Part shown: positions 38,285-49,100 of the stretch, in pieces
Layout: the number at the start of each line of letters is the position of its first letter
Numbering within the stretch: the first letter of the stretch is position 1
Assembly: GCA_965203315.1 (NCBI GenBank)
Contig: OZ241857.1
Coordinates: forward strand, 160,001-224,000
From: Nitrosopumilus sp.
Lineage (GTDB): Archaea; Thermoproteota; Nitrososphaeria; Nitrososphaerales; Nitrosopumilaceae
Direction: 5' to 3'
DNA: 64,000 nucleotides
The notes under the pieces: model-generated
The model's database searches: none
Told to the model about the DNA's origin: nothing
What the model saw: only the letters and a program-made list of their open reading frames with translations
Program-made: the position numbers and the translations under genes

Positions 38285-39554
38285 CAGACATCGCAAGTGT
38301 TCACGGAAAAAGGTAAGTGGGAGGTATTCGTTCACGGAGCGATCGGTTCTGGTGGTTCTGGTGGCGGTGGTTCTGGTGGAATCTCTCCGATTAATGACTC
38401 CAAAAGATCAAGATAGTCATCTTGAGGTAACTTGCCAACTTTATCTCGTAATAGCAATATGACATTAAAGATAGTCCATAGATTCAACAGCATCTGCGTA
38501 TAGATGAACAAAAACATTCTACAGTCAGCGGATCTGCTATGAGTCTTTAGCTTCATATTTTTAGTGTACTTGAATCCATTTTCAATATCCCATCGTTTGC
38601 TATACTTTTTCGTATTAATGTTAGGATCGTTTGTTGCAAACGCTTGATACTCTTCTGGCTTTCTTTTGTTGGGAACTAGTATGATATAGTATTGTTCTTC
38701 GTTTTTGCCTTTTGATACTATACAAGTGGATACCATGTTGCGTATACCTATCTCATACTCGTGTATTGCTTTATTCACAACACTAGTACCTCTACATGGG
38801 ATCAGGTATCTATGACCCGTCTCATTGAACACTCGAAATATGGCGGCAGAGAAAAATTCTCGATCTAGAAGAAATGCTTCAATCTCTAAGCCAAATTCTT
38901 CACAATAACATACGAGTTTACGCACAATATCGACGTTTTTGTCATCTTTTTTGATAAGGATACTACAAAGAGCCATTCTTGCACCCTCATTTAGAATTTG
39001 TGCAGTGGCATATGTCTCAAAATTAGACGTACCGTCTTTGGGTTTACTGGGTGTTAAATCTGAATTGTCTTTGTCATATCGAGGCTTTTTGGTTTTATCT
39101 ATGCCGATTATGACCTTGGCGGGTAAGCGATTCTGTCTTCTTAGTTCGGCTATGTTCTCCTTTGCTATGTCTATGAGCATTTTTTCTGGCGATCCCTCAC
39201 ATGTGTTTCGAACCACTTGTCTCATCCATTCTGGTGTGGGTGCAAGTTTATTCTTATTTCTCTGTGATCTGGCATAACTTGCAGGACTACGATGCAAACA
39301 TGCAGCATGAATCAAAACTTGATGTGCCGTCCGCTCATCATATATTGCGTTACAGTGGGTTGATACTGCAAGCGGTATCTTTTCTACAGCTGCTGACAAA
39401 ATACGATTATATTCATGATAGTTTCTGAGTACTGCATGTCTTAGGGATTTTTGTTGTGAGGTCAACATAATTCCTGAGACTATCTCCTATTGATCCTTTT
39501 CGGTTTGACGTTGTTGTCTTAATGGTTAAATTTTACTAACACTTGCGATGTCTG
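38285..39554 (-). mobile_element. Intact ISH3-family insertion sequence (1270 bp)
   Basis: 17-bp perfect terminal inverted repeats CAGACATCGCAAGTGTT; 5-bp target duplication TACTA. CAG ends with a 5-bp duplication are typical of ISH3. Confidence 0.93.
38332..39468 (-). CDS. ISH3-family DDE transposase
   Basis: IGID, LLDREFFS and YSKRWDIENGFK catalytic motifs. Confidence 0.92.
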   Translation of the reverse strand: MLTSQQKSLRHAVLRNYHEYNRILSAAVEKIPLAVSTHCNAIYDERTAHQVLIHAACLHRSPASYARSQRNKNKLAPTPEWMRQVVRNTCEGSPEKMLIDIAKENIAELRRQNRLPAKVIIGIDKTKKPRYDKDNSDLTPSKPKDGTSNFETYATAQILNEGARMALCSILIKKDDKNVDIVRKLVCYCEEFGLEIEAFLLDREFFSAAIFRVFNETGHRYLIPCRGTSVVNKAIHEYEIGIRNMVSTCIVSKGKNEEQYYIILVPNKRKPEEYQAFATNDPNINTKKYSKRWDIENGFKYTKNMKLKTHSRSADCRMFLFIYTQMLLNLWTIFNVILLLRDKVGKLPQDDYLDLLESLIGEIPPEPPPPEPPEPIAP

Positions 39555-39660
39555 TACTAGTAAACAAGGAAAAGTTGATCCTAACTACGAGTCCACTATA
39601 CTATGGTAGCGTACACGAGATGACTATACTCAAAGAATGGAAATTGGGATTTGGTAAATG

Positions 39661-39801
39661 AGACTGTATGCGTATTTCTTACATCATACGCACATTTTAA
39701 GGTACAATAAAACACACGTGTAATTTCTAGAGGCAAATTGATTCATTGTTATCGTGTTTGATGGTTGGACATGGGCACTCTCAATAATACGCATACAGTC
39801 T
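39661..39801. mobile_element. MITE family A, copy 3
   Basis: Perfect 16-bp terminal inverted repeats; 3-bp duplication ATG; excision restores the GKW-EKK frame of the host transposase. Confidence 0.93.
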
Positions 39802-39979
39802 ATGGGAGAAAAAGATGAGAGATCCATCAACTCCCCTCAAAGAGAGATTAAAGACACGTGGTGATGGTGCCTACAAGGGCGCTGAGAAGAAATTCCTTGG
39901 AACTAGATTCATTACGCCATTCAAAAAACCTCGTGGTGGCCAGTTTACCAAAGAACAGAAAGAGTTTAACAGAAAACAC

Positions 39980-40166
39980 GGTTCTTTTAACTTAACGGGG
40001 GGGGGGGGGGGTCGATAGTTTTCACGCAACATTCTCTCAAAATTTTACAAGTCATGAAAAATGGTTAGATCACCCATTGTAGATTATTGCTGTTTTAAGT
40101 TGCATACCGTGCGTTTCTTGAAATACCTACAACTTAATCTTAACCCCCCGTTAAGTTAAAAGAACC
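39980..40166. mobile_element. MITE family B, diverged copy 4
   Basis: Perfect GGTTCTTTTAACTTAACGGGGGG / CCCCCCGTTAAGTTAAAAGAACC ends; body diverged but collinear with other B copies; no target duplication. Confidence 0.85.
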
Positions 40167-40255
40167 TCAGATACTGCATCGCGCACAGATCTCGTCTAGT
40201 ATAACATTATGCGTCTGAGGGATAGTATTTAACTAGATTGACAGTATTATGAGGT

Positions 40256-41362
40256 GTGAGCAAGTCATCTGACGAATCCCCAAAACGTGATCTAGTAGAT
40301 CCGAGCTATAATCTCAAAAAACTGTACAAAAAGGGTGTAAACCTGATGGCGGATGAGAGACTTGAAGACGCAATAGATGTCTTTGAACAAGCACTACGAA
40401 TAGATCCAGATAATGTCGAGACTTTGATAAAGTTGGGGTATGCAAGATTTCATCTAGATGATCATAATAGCTCCCTAAAGATATACGACAAGGTCCTAGA
40501 TATCGATGTCACAAATCCTGAAGCGTGGAGTCTTAAAGCTCTAGTACACTATGAACAAAAAAACTACTCCAAAGCTCTAGATTCTGTCGAGAAGGCGATA
40601 GAGTCTGATCCCACGTATGGTATGGCATGGTACAACAAGGCTGCATTTCTATCGCTGTTGAATCAGGTTCCAGAGTCACTTGAGGCATTAAAGAGATCAA
40701 TCGAGATCGACGTAAAGAATGCAAAAGCGTCGGTCAAAGACAAAGACTTTATGAATGTTAGAATAGAGGAGGGCTTTAAGAGGATATACGAAGTAGTAGT
40801 GCTAGAGTCAGTACGGCAGGGATATCATACACTGGGTGCCATAATATGGACGACGTTTTTAGATAGAGCAGATGCAGAGACTGCGATAAAGAAATTACTA
40901 GAGAAGGGTCTGCTGGTACAGAACGAGAAACGTGATGGTCTCAGCAAGATCCCTGTATATGATCTTGCACCAAATGTAGCTGACAAGATGGGAAAGAAGA
41001 GGCGAGGGCTGTTTGGAATAACAAAGAAACAGTTACCGAGACCAATCAAAAATCTGAAAGAGCTGAGTAATGCAATACAAACGACTAGAGAGGCGATAGA
41101 AGAAGAGGACGTCATGAAGACGATCTCGATGTTTGATGAGTTTATAGAACCAAAACGATCTGGTGCGGTAATGATCGAGAACTTTTTTGATGAACACCGA
41201 GAGATACGATTGTGGAAGATCAGACTCAAAGATAAAGGCGTAGACTATCTCATAGATAACAAGACAAAGATGTTAAACTTGTTGGAGAACGTAGAGGTAA
41301 CTATAACAAAGAAACTTCGAGATGAGATATCTCCAAACTATTCTGCAGAGAGATCCCAATAG
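40256..41362 (+). CDS. Tetratricopeptide repeat protein with C-terminal winged-helix-like region
   Basis: Several TPR units (AIDVFEQALRIDPDN, AWYNKA). Confidence 0.88.
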   Translation: MSKSSDESPKRDLVDPSYNLKKLYKKGVNLMADERLEDAIDVFEQALRIDPDNVETLIKLGYARFHLDDHNSSLKIYDKVLDIDVTNPEAWSLKALVHYEQKNYSKALDSVEKAIESDPTYGMAWYNKAAFLSLLNQVPESLEALKRSIEIDVKNAKASVKDKDFMNVRIEEGFKRIYEVVVLESVRQGYHTLGAIIWTTFLDRADAETAIKKLLEKGLLVQNEKRDGLSKIPVYDLAPNVADKMGKKRRGLFGITKKQLPRPIKNLKELSNAIQTTREAIEEEDVMKTISMFDEFIEPKRSGAVMIENFFDEHREIRLWKIRLKDKGVDYLIDNKTKMLNLLENVEVTITKKLRDEISPNYSAERSQ

Positions 41363-42138
41363 TTGGCATCTTCTTGCTTGGATGTTGGTCTTTCAAGACT
41401 CTTCCATTCTCTGAATGAACGCACATAGAGTTTTGTATTGGTCATTCCAGCAGATTTTAATGCATAATATGCAAGACCAGAGAGGGTTCCAACACTGCCA
41501 CAATATGTGATGATCTCTTGTTCATCTGTAACACCACGGTTCTCTAGCAGGCGCACTAGATCATCTTTTGGACGCAAGACCTGGTTCTTGTCTGCAAGTG
41601 TTCGATAAGGAATATTGATTGCTCCTGGTATATGCTGCTCTAGATAGTTTAGACGTTCGCGATTGTCGATCAACATTACATCGTCTCGCTCTCTGGTACT
41701 AGTTAGATAGTCTGATGTTGCAAGTATCTCTGGACGTAGATTTATCGCATGTGTTGTATGTTGTACATCCATAACATGTGAGTCACTCTCGAGACCAAGT
41801 GACTTCCACCCGCTATATGTCGTCTCTAGCAGAGATACACTCGAGTGACCCAAGTACTCTAGTGTCCATGCAACACGTGATGCAAGAGCTCCAAAAGTGT
41901 CGTCATATATGACGACATCTGTCTCGTCGTCTATTCCAAATGACTGTATAGTACTCTGAACCCTAGGGGGACTGTCATCTGCAAGAAGATCAGCTAGCGG
42001 CAGATTCAATGCTGTGGGGATGTGATCTTGTGCATACTCTTCTGCACGCCTTACATCTATGACACGAACGCTCTTGTCTCGGATATCAGATCGTAATGAA
42101 TCTATGTCGGTGGTAACTGTACTCTTCAAGCAGCACAC
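41338..42138 (-). CDS. Tandem-domain rhodanese / sulfurtransferase
   Basis: IDVR...HIPTA, IDNR...HIPGA, active-site loop YCGSVGT. Confidence 0.92.
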   Translation of the reverse strand: MCCLKSTVTTDIDSLRSDIRDKSVRVIDVRRAEEYAQDHIPTALNLPLADLLADDSPPRVQSTIQSFGIDDETDVVIYDDTFGALASRVAWTLEYLGHSSVSLLETTYSGWKSLGLESDSHVMDVQHTTHAINLRPEILATSDYLTSTRERDDVMLIDNRERLNYLEQHIPGAINIPYRTLADKNQVLRPKDDLVRLLENRGVTDEQEIITYCGSVGTLSGLAYYALKSAGMTNTKLYVRSFREWKSLERPTSKQEDANYWDLSAE

Positions 42139-43919
42139 TCACCCTTGCCGGTCTTTGTATGATAGCTGGTATCGCTACCATAGTCTAGATAAAAGTCGGG
42201 TTCCTCATCTTTTGCTGGCGGAACAGTAAATGGTAACAACTCTTGTTTGATATCAGCAAGCGAAGATACTGCCGAGTCTTCACAATTATTTACGATTCGA
42301 TCTATCCATGTCTTTAATGTGTCGTTGGGTCTCTTGTTGGATCTGAACATGTCTATTATCTTCAAGATTACGGGAATTACACGTTTTGCAGGTACGCGCA
42401 GACACACATCTCCTAAACGAGTTTGACCGTCTGAACGTCCACCCAACAACATCTGATAGTTTGCATACATGTCTTTGCCTAATCTTGCTCCGCCACCAAA
42501 GAAGCCTATTGTAGCAATTCCGTGTTGTCCACAAGAGTTTGGGCAACCACTGATCTTTATCGTAGCGTCACGTAGATCATCGTCAGTGTCGAGATTCAAT
42601 TCTAGAAATTTGCGTTGAATCTCTTTTGCGAGTCGGTGAGAGTTGGTGAGAGCAAGGTTGCAAGATGTCGTTCCAGAACACCCTATGGGTGCCGCCATGG
42701 TCAATGCACCTGATTTAGCTAGACTATTCTCCAATAGTCTAGAGTACAGTGATGGGAGATCGTCTTGATGTACATATCGTAATGCTATATTTTGTACAAA
42801 TCCACATCTTGCCTTACCTTCAGCAGAATAGTCGCGTATGATTCCCGCAAGAGATGATAATTGATTTGAAGTGATGTCACCTGCTTCAAGAGTGACAAAC
42901 ACGGTGTGATAACCAGACTGTTTTTGAAGAATGGTGTTTGTCTTGAGCCAACGATTATACCCATCTGGAGTTGATCCGCTGTCGTCTGTTACTCGAATTG
43001 GTCTACGTATCTGGATATCATCATCTAGATCGAGTCTAGTCACAACCGATTGAGTGGCTCGAACTATTGCACGTTCCTTTAGAACCAAGTTTTGAAATGT
43101 CTCCCAACCCATATCATGAACTAGATATCGCATACGATTTCTTGCAAGGTTTCTTCTGTCGCCTAATCTGTCAAATATTCTCATTACTGCTATAGATGTA
43201 TACAAGAGATCTTCTTCTGGTGTAAACTCTTCGAGCTGATGACCGACATATGACTTGTTTCCTAGTCCGCCTCCGAGAAATATACGAAAACCACGTTGTT
43301 GTTTGCCATCTATATCTCTGATCTGAGGAACAAGACCCACATCGACCATTCGTATCATGCCGTGTTCTTCACAACAAGTAAAGTTGAACTTGAATTTACG
43401 AGGAAGATTCTGTGCCATCGGATTTCGTAGAAAAAACTTGGCAGTTGCAACTGCATAAGGCGTTGCATCAAAAGACTCTTTTGAACATACACCGGACAAT
43501 GGACTACACATGACGTTACGAACAGTGTTGCCACACGCTTCTCGTGATGTCAGACCTACATCAGCTAGACCCCGCATTATCTCGGAGACATCTTCTAGAA
43601 TGACCCAGTGGAGTTGAATATTCTCACGAGTCGAGAAATGAGCACTCCCTATAGAGTACTGTTCACTGAGCTGTGCTATCTTTTCAAGCTGATTTGGATA
43701 AATCTCTCCAGCAGGAATCTTTATTCGAACCATTGCATAGTCGCCAGTCATTCTGGTACCATAAGCACCATGCTGGAGTCTAAAACGTCTAAAACTGTCT
43801 TCATCATACTTGCCTTGTCGAAAGAGTTTTACAGTCTCTGCAAAGTTGTCTGCTTCTTCGACTCTCGACCAACTCGTCTTTGGTAATACTGGATCTCTCT
43901 CTGTCTCGATCGTACTCAT
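42126..43919 (-). CDS. Ferredoxin-dependent sulfite/nitrite reductase (siroheme)
   Basis: MVRIKIPAG, STRENIQLH, ACGNTVRN, LPRKFK, CSGTTSC and SGCPNSCG siroheme/4Fe-4S cysteines; sulfur-assimilation neighbours. Confidence 0.93.
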   Translation of the reverse strand: MSTIETERDPVLPKTSWSRVEEADNFAETVKLFRQGKYDEDSFRRFRLQHGAYGTRMTGDYAMVRIKIPAGEIYPNQLEKIAQLSEQYSIGSAHFSTRENIQLHWVILEDVSEIMRGLADVGLTSREACGNTVRNVMCSPLSGVCSKESFDATPYAVATAKFFLRNPMAQNLPRKFKFNFTCCEEHGMIRMVDVGLVPQIRDIDGKQQRGFRIFLGGGLGNKSYVGHQLEEFTPEEDLLYTSIAVMRIFDRLGDRRNLARNRMRYLVHDMGWETFQNLVLKERAIVRATQSVVTRLDLDDDIQIRRPIRVTDDSGSTPDGYNRWLKTNTILQKQSGYHTVFVTLEAGDITSNQLSSLAGIIRDYSAEGKARCGFVQNIALRYVHQDDLPSLYSRLLENSLAKSGALTMAAPIGCSGTTSCNLALTNSHRLAKEIQRKFLELNLDTDDDLRDATIKISGCPNSCGQHGIATIGFFGGGARLGKDMYANYQMLLGGRSDGQTRLGDVCLRVPAKRVIPVILKIIDMFRSNKRPNDTLKTWIDRIVNNCEDSAVSSLADIKQELLPFTVPPAKDEEPDFYLDYGSDTSYHTKTGKGECAA

Positions 43920-44026
43920 ATTGTATACAAGACCTTGCAGTTTGGTTATAAATTTTAGATATCGTGATATTTTTGGAGTGTCACAACAGAATAGAACACA
44001 TATCTTTCCTACATCTAGACTTTTAT

Positions 44027-44203
44027 GGTTCTGTTAACCTGACGGGGGTTGGCATTTTATGCGCAAAATTCTCAAAAAATTTTGTAAAATATGGAAACGG
44101 TCTCACATCGGCAATCGTAAATTTCTGCTGTTTTGAGTCTCATGTTGTGCGTTCATCGAGATAACGTCATCACGATCTTGACCCTCATCGATTGAACAGA
44201 ACC
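44027..44203. mobile_element. MITE family B, copy 5
   Basis: GGTTCTGTTAACCTGACGGGGG...ATTGAACAGAACC. Confidence 0.9.
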
Positions 44204-44436
44204 CATTTGTAAAATATCTATACGTAGAACGGTTTCTAGATATTGCTCGTCTCAGCGAATCTGACTGTTTGCGCATTAAATTCTCGAGACACGCAACCTT
44301 GTTGATTTCATTTGATTGATTGTTTGATCTTTTGGTTAGATTAGAGTTACTTTACGATGTCTGGAATACCCTTTTTGATATGTAGCAAGATCCATTCGCA
44401 AACAAGATTTAAAAAACCAACGTCTCAATATGGGCT

Positions 44437-45288
44437 ATGAGGACCAAATCGATTATAATTAACACCGATATAATTTACAATGAAGATTGTATTGATACAA
44501 TGGCACGATTTCCTGATAACTGTATCGACCTTGTAGTTACTTCTCCTCCATATGACAACATGAGAAAGTACAACGGCAACAGTTTCAACGAATTTGAGAC
44601 CATATCGTGTGAACTATACCGAGTGATAAAAGATGGCGGAGTTGTTGTGTGGGTTATAGGCGATCAAACACATAATGGAAACGAGAGCGGAACATCATTT
44701 ACACATGCCTTGTTCTTCAAAGAGATCGGATTTAATCTATTTGATACAATGATATATCTCAAACCTCCACGCGGTGCTGTTGGTAACAACAAGACTTATT
44801 GGCAATCATTCGAGTACATGTTTGTATTTTCTAAAGGTAAACCGAAAACGATCAATCTCTTAATTGACAGAGAGAACAAAGATTCTCGAGATGGAGATAA
44901 CGGTACAAAGAGATTGTGCAACGGTACCCTAAAGAACGTAAAACGAAACGGATACGAAAAGATGGGTAGAAGGACTAACGTTTGGGAGTACTATACTGGA
45001 AAAGGACACTCTGCAACAGACAACATAGCACATCAACACCCCGCAATATTTCCAGAAAAACTCGCAAGAGATCATATCATGTCCTGGAGTAACAAGGGCG
45101 ATATCGTATATGATCCGTTTATGGGTTCTGGTACAACCGCAAAGATGTGTGTCCTGAATGATCGCAAGTACATAGGAAGTGAGTTGGATGAAAATTATTA
45201 TATGATATCAAAAAAGAGATTAAGGGCTTGTCAGACCCAGATACGACTAGACAAAAACGGTGTAGAGGGTGCAAGCAATACAAGATAG
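44437..45288 (+). CDS. Beta-class amino DNA methyltransferase (probably N4-cytosine)
   Basis: TSPPY (motif IV) precedes HPAIFP and DPFMGSGTT (motif I). Confidence 0.92.
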   Translation: MRTKSIIINTDIIYNEDCIDTMARFPDNCIDLVVTSPPYDNMRKYNGNSFNEFETISCELYRVIKDGGVVVWVIGDQTHNGNESGTSFTHALFFKEIGFNLFDTMIYLKPPRGAVGNNKTYWQSFEYMFVFSKGKPKTINLLIDRENKDSRDGDNGTKRLCNGTLKNVKRNGYEKMGRRTNVWEYYTGKGHSATDNIAHQHPAIFPEKLARDHIMSWSNKGDIVYDPFMGSGTTAKMCVLNDRKYIGSELDENYYMISKKRLRACQTQIRLDKNGVEGASNTR

Positions 45289-45633
45289 GAAGAGTTTGCA
45301 AAGAACCAATTTGGTAAAGACAACAGAGTATTACGCAGACCAATATGTAAAGCATGTTACAAAAAGAAGAGAGCGATCAGTCCAAAAGCGAGACGTGATT
45401 ACATAAAGAATAATCCCAAGACTGCAATGGGAGAAAAGTTCACATGTCCAATATGTCGCAAGGTCATAATTCATGAACACAAGAACGAGATATGTCTCGA
45501 TCATGATCAAGAGACAGGTAGGATTCGTGGATGGATATGCATAAGTTGTAATTCATGTATTGACAAATTCAATGAAGATACACAAATTCTGGAAAGAGCG
45601 TTCAAATGGTTAAAAGGAGATCTAAATCCTTAA
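45228..45633 (+). pseudogene. Frameshifted Hpy99I-like / endonuclease VII-type HNH restriction endonuclease
   Basis: TTG frame LSDPDTTRQKRCRGCKQYKI, then a frame switch to EEFAKNQFGKDNRVLRRPICKAC...FTCPIC...CLDHDQETGRIRGWICISCN. Confidence 0.78.
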
Positions 45634-46146
45634 TCTATACTTGCACAAATAACATAACCGTTATTGACGAGTCGTCAGGAGATGAACATCATATCAAATG
45701 AAGGAGTGAACAACTTTTCATATCCCACACGTGAACAAATCGTTCATAGTCTTTAAATACAAACTCTTGATGGAAATATCAATAACATGAATAATTGTAC
45801 ATGTTGTACAATGTGCCTGTGTAAAGTTTAGCATGATGTTTTGTAGTCTATTGTCCTACACACCAAGTTCAGATCGCTCATATCAAGCATCTCGTGAATG
45901 AGCAGTATTGTATAATGCAAGAGTCGAGAATGAAGGAGTAGAAATCATCGTATATTTGACCTTATTCATATTGCGCCTTTTGCATGAAATCAATAATACA
46001 CACTAGCATAACTTTGTATTTTCTAGAGGGAAAATGTAGATAATGTTACATATTTCCTTAATTTGCATAATAAATTTGACAATATGAATAAGGTCAATTG
46101 TCATTGACACTGTATGTAGATATCACTATGCATAGTTGTATCATAT

Positions 46147-46166
46147 AAAAAAAGAAAAAGAAAAAG
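46147..46166 (-). terminator. Oligo-T terminator of the S-layer gene
   Basis: CTTTTTCTTTTTCTTTTTTT on the minus strand just after the stop codon. Confidence 0.7.
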
Positions 46167-46172
46167 TTTGAA

Positions 46173-49100
46173 CTAGTTTACAGTTATTGTTGTTGTCTGT
46201 TGTGGAGATAGTGCAGTTGGTATCGTCAACGACTCCCATGCAAATACGGTAATTGTGTATTCACCGGATGCTGTTGGTATCCAAGACTGAGATGGACTAA
46301 GCGATTGAGATGGTGTCAATGAACCATCAATCCAAGACAGAGATACTGTAACGCCATCGCTATCTTGTATTTGTATCAAGTATGCAAATGGCTGGTCTTT
46401 GTCTTGTGTGTTTGTCAAATCTGCAGTGATCTGGACTTGTTGATCTATTGATACTGTACTGAGTGTTGTACCTGTAGAGTCTACTATTCTCAATGACTCG
46501 ATGTTTACTCGTTCTAGAGGAGGTACTATTGTTCCTATTATTGTGGTTGCAGTGATGTCCTCAGAGTCGCCTGTATTGTATGGAGCAGGTAGAGTGTTGT
46601 CGCTGTACTTTGCAGTGACTGTGTCTCCTTCTTCTGCGGATAGTTTGTGACCACCTGATTGGACAGAGAGTCCAAAGAATACAGTACCTTCAAAGATACC
46701 ACTTGCTGGTTGAGTCTCTGTTACTGTAAGGGTTATTCCACTGGGTGCACTAGAAGACCATACTTTGACCTCAAAGTTGTCTGCAGATTCTGGATTCAAG
46801 TTCATGTCGGGATCGATTACACGTAGTACGCCTGTAGCTGTAGCAGGATAACTTGCTTCTAGCCACTGAACTTCACCAATGTTCCAACGGATTAGAGCAG
46901 ACTTGCGAACAGTCTCGTCGTCAGAGAACTCGAATGATACCTCGAGTCCGTCGTCGTTGTCTGTTGGTAATAGTCCATCGGTTGGTCCATTACATCTATC
47001 ACATGTACGACCTGTGACGTCTTTACCATCTGCGCCCGTATCTTGATCACCGTCTGCGTCGTACGAGAATCCTGTCAGTATTACTTCACCTGTAAAGATA
47101 CCAGTGTTTGTACCTGTCTCTACGAGTTTGTAGTTTTTAATGTCGTCGGATCTTGTAGCAACACGCACTGGATATGGATCCGCACCAATCTCGTCTACTT
47201 GGTTTGTGTTTAGGTTGTGATCAGGAGCTGTTACAGTAATGAATACCTTGTCGGTCCAACTGTATACGCTTTGATCTAGTTCTATTGTAGCACCAAAGTT
47301 TGATGTGAATACCGTTCTGTCGATATCTTCTGTATTATCACCTACAAAGTCTGCACCTGATGGTCCATAGTCGGTGTACTCTAGCTTGATCTCTTCACCA
47401 CGTTCTAGTCTGTCGCCGTCTATGTCCCTAGGAACAGATATGACCACTTGGAAGATACCTGTGCTAGGACCAGTCTCTCGTAGAGAACCTGGTTCTGCAT
47501 CGAATATACCTTCACTCAGATTCTTGGTACCTGCGTCCGAGTCCCACTTGATCAGATCAAGTGTGTATGTTTCGCGTGTACCGCTGTCTAGATCAAGGTC
47601 TGGATCGATGAGTGTTACGATCATGTCCGAGCCTATCACATATACAGACTTGTCTGTCTGTAGGGCACCGTTTCGTAGATCAAAGGTAGCAGAGTCTGTG
47701 ACTGTACGTGGGTTACCAGAAGCATCTGTAGTGTCGTTGTACTGTACTGTAATGATATCACCTTGTAGGATACATGTACGGCTTGTCGTACCGTCAGCTA
47801 TTGTTCTACTTGGACAGTCACTACCACTTGGTCCATCTATGTAAGATAGATCAAAGCTTACTTCGAACACTCCAGATTCAGGAGATGTCTCTGTTAGAGC
47901 ACCCAAATTCTTTGGATCACATGTACCAGTATCTCGAGCATTAGTGTACCTTAACTCTGCCAAGAGATATTCGGTATATTTTGTAGCCTTTTCAGTAGGA
48001 TCTGTAGCATCAGCATGTGCCTTTTTTGCGGCATCTCGCTTTCGTTCCAACTGACTAACCTCGTCGTTTGCCTCTGATGTAGTGCCACCTGCATGACCTA
48101 TTAAACACTCATCACCGCTGCGAGAGACTGTTACCTTGACTGGTCCGTTTCCAGACATGCCTTCGATCTTGTCCTCGCCTGTAGGATTCAAGTTGTAGTC
48201 TGGGTCGTTTACTTGAACATAGACTTTGACTGTACCAAGTGGAAGATTCGTTCCGGCCATGTCTAGGGCTCTTGAACCAGTTGTTGTACCCTGACCATAC
48301 GGAACTGGATATACAGTTCTATCTAGAGATACAGAGCCTGTACTTGCACCAATCGATGCAGAGTCACCAGCTGTGACTATCTGACCAGATGCATCTCTAA
48401 AGTCTAGATATGTTACACCAATATCTTTGCCGCTTGTAGGTGTGTTAGGATTTCTCGTGTTTACTGTATCGTCGTCATTAAAGTTGCATACTTGTTTTGG
48501 TATAGAAAATGAACCTGTAAAGACTCCTGTACTGGATCCGGTCTCTTGTAGAGTGAATCCGGTTTTACCGAGTCCGTTCTGAATGTTATCATCTAGGCTA
48601 CATGCACCAGATTTCCATCTCTCACCACCAATGGTTACCTCTAGGAGCATTCCTAGTGATTTGCCACCTGGTAGTAGAGACTTGTACTCGATACCAGCTA
48701 CATTGGTTACACTCATGCCTACTTGATCTCTATCTGTGTCATTGTGGTTACTGTCCATCACGACAGTATAGGTATCAGCACGATCAGGATCTGTATTCAA
48801 GTCTGCGTCTTCTAGCGTTATGACGACATTACTGCCTACACTGTATGTCTCTGCGTTTAGAGATACCACACCACTAGAGGTTGCAATATCTTGTTGGTCA
48901 GAGACCACAACTGTGTTATCATTTGCGTTCGTATCGACATAGTTTACTCGCGCGTCAGAGCCTGTAATGTCCTCAAAGGCGATGAATTTGACTTCGTTGC
49001 CTATTGGTGTGATGCTTTCGTATATGTAACCAGTTTTGATTACTGAGCCTGCTTCCAGAGCTAACTTGTCATGTACTATAACATCGAGTTGGTTTACCAT

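Larger units (their letters stand above)
37502..40166 (+). pseudogene. IS5/ISL2-like (DDE_Tnp_4-type) transposase interrupted by ISH3, MITE A and MITE B
   Basis: HTH-like FDINQSNVSRHI, then AIDGT and SGK.RKHT; after removing the inserts the frame continues ...VLVNKEKLI...YGSVHEMT...GKWEKKMR...GDGAYKG...PFKKPRGGQFTKEQKEFNRKH; frameshifts at the 5' end. Confidence 0.82.

Noticed and set aside
39997-40011. Poly-G tract as a phase-variation switch
   Set aside because: It lies inside a MITE end within a dead transposase, and homopolymer length may be a sequencing artefact.
45990-46040. Weak similarity to the MITE A interior (TTTCTAGAGG)
   Set aside because: No terminal inverted repeats; too short to call.
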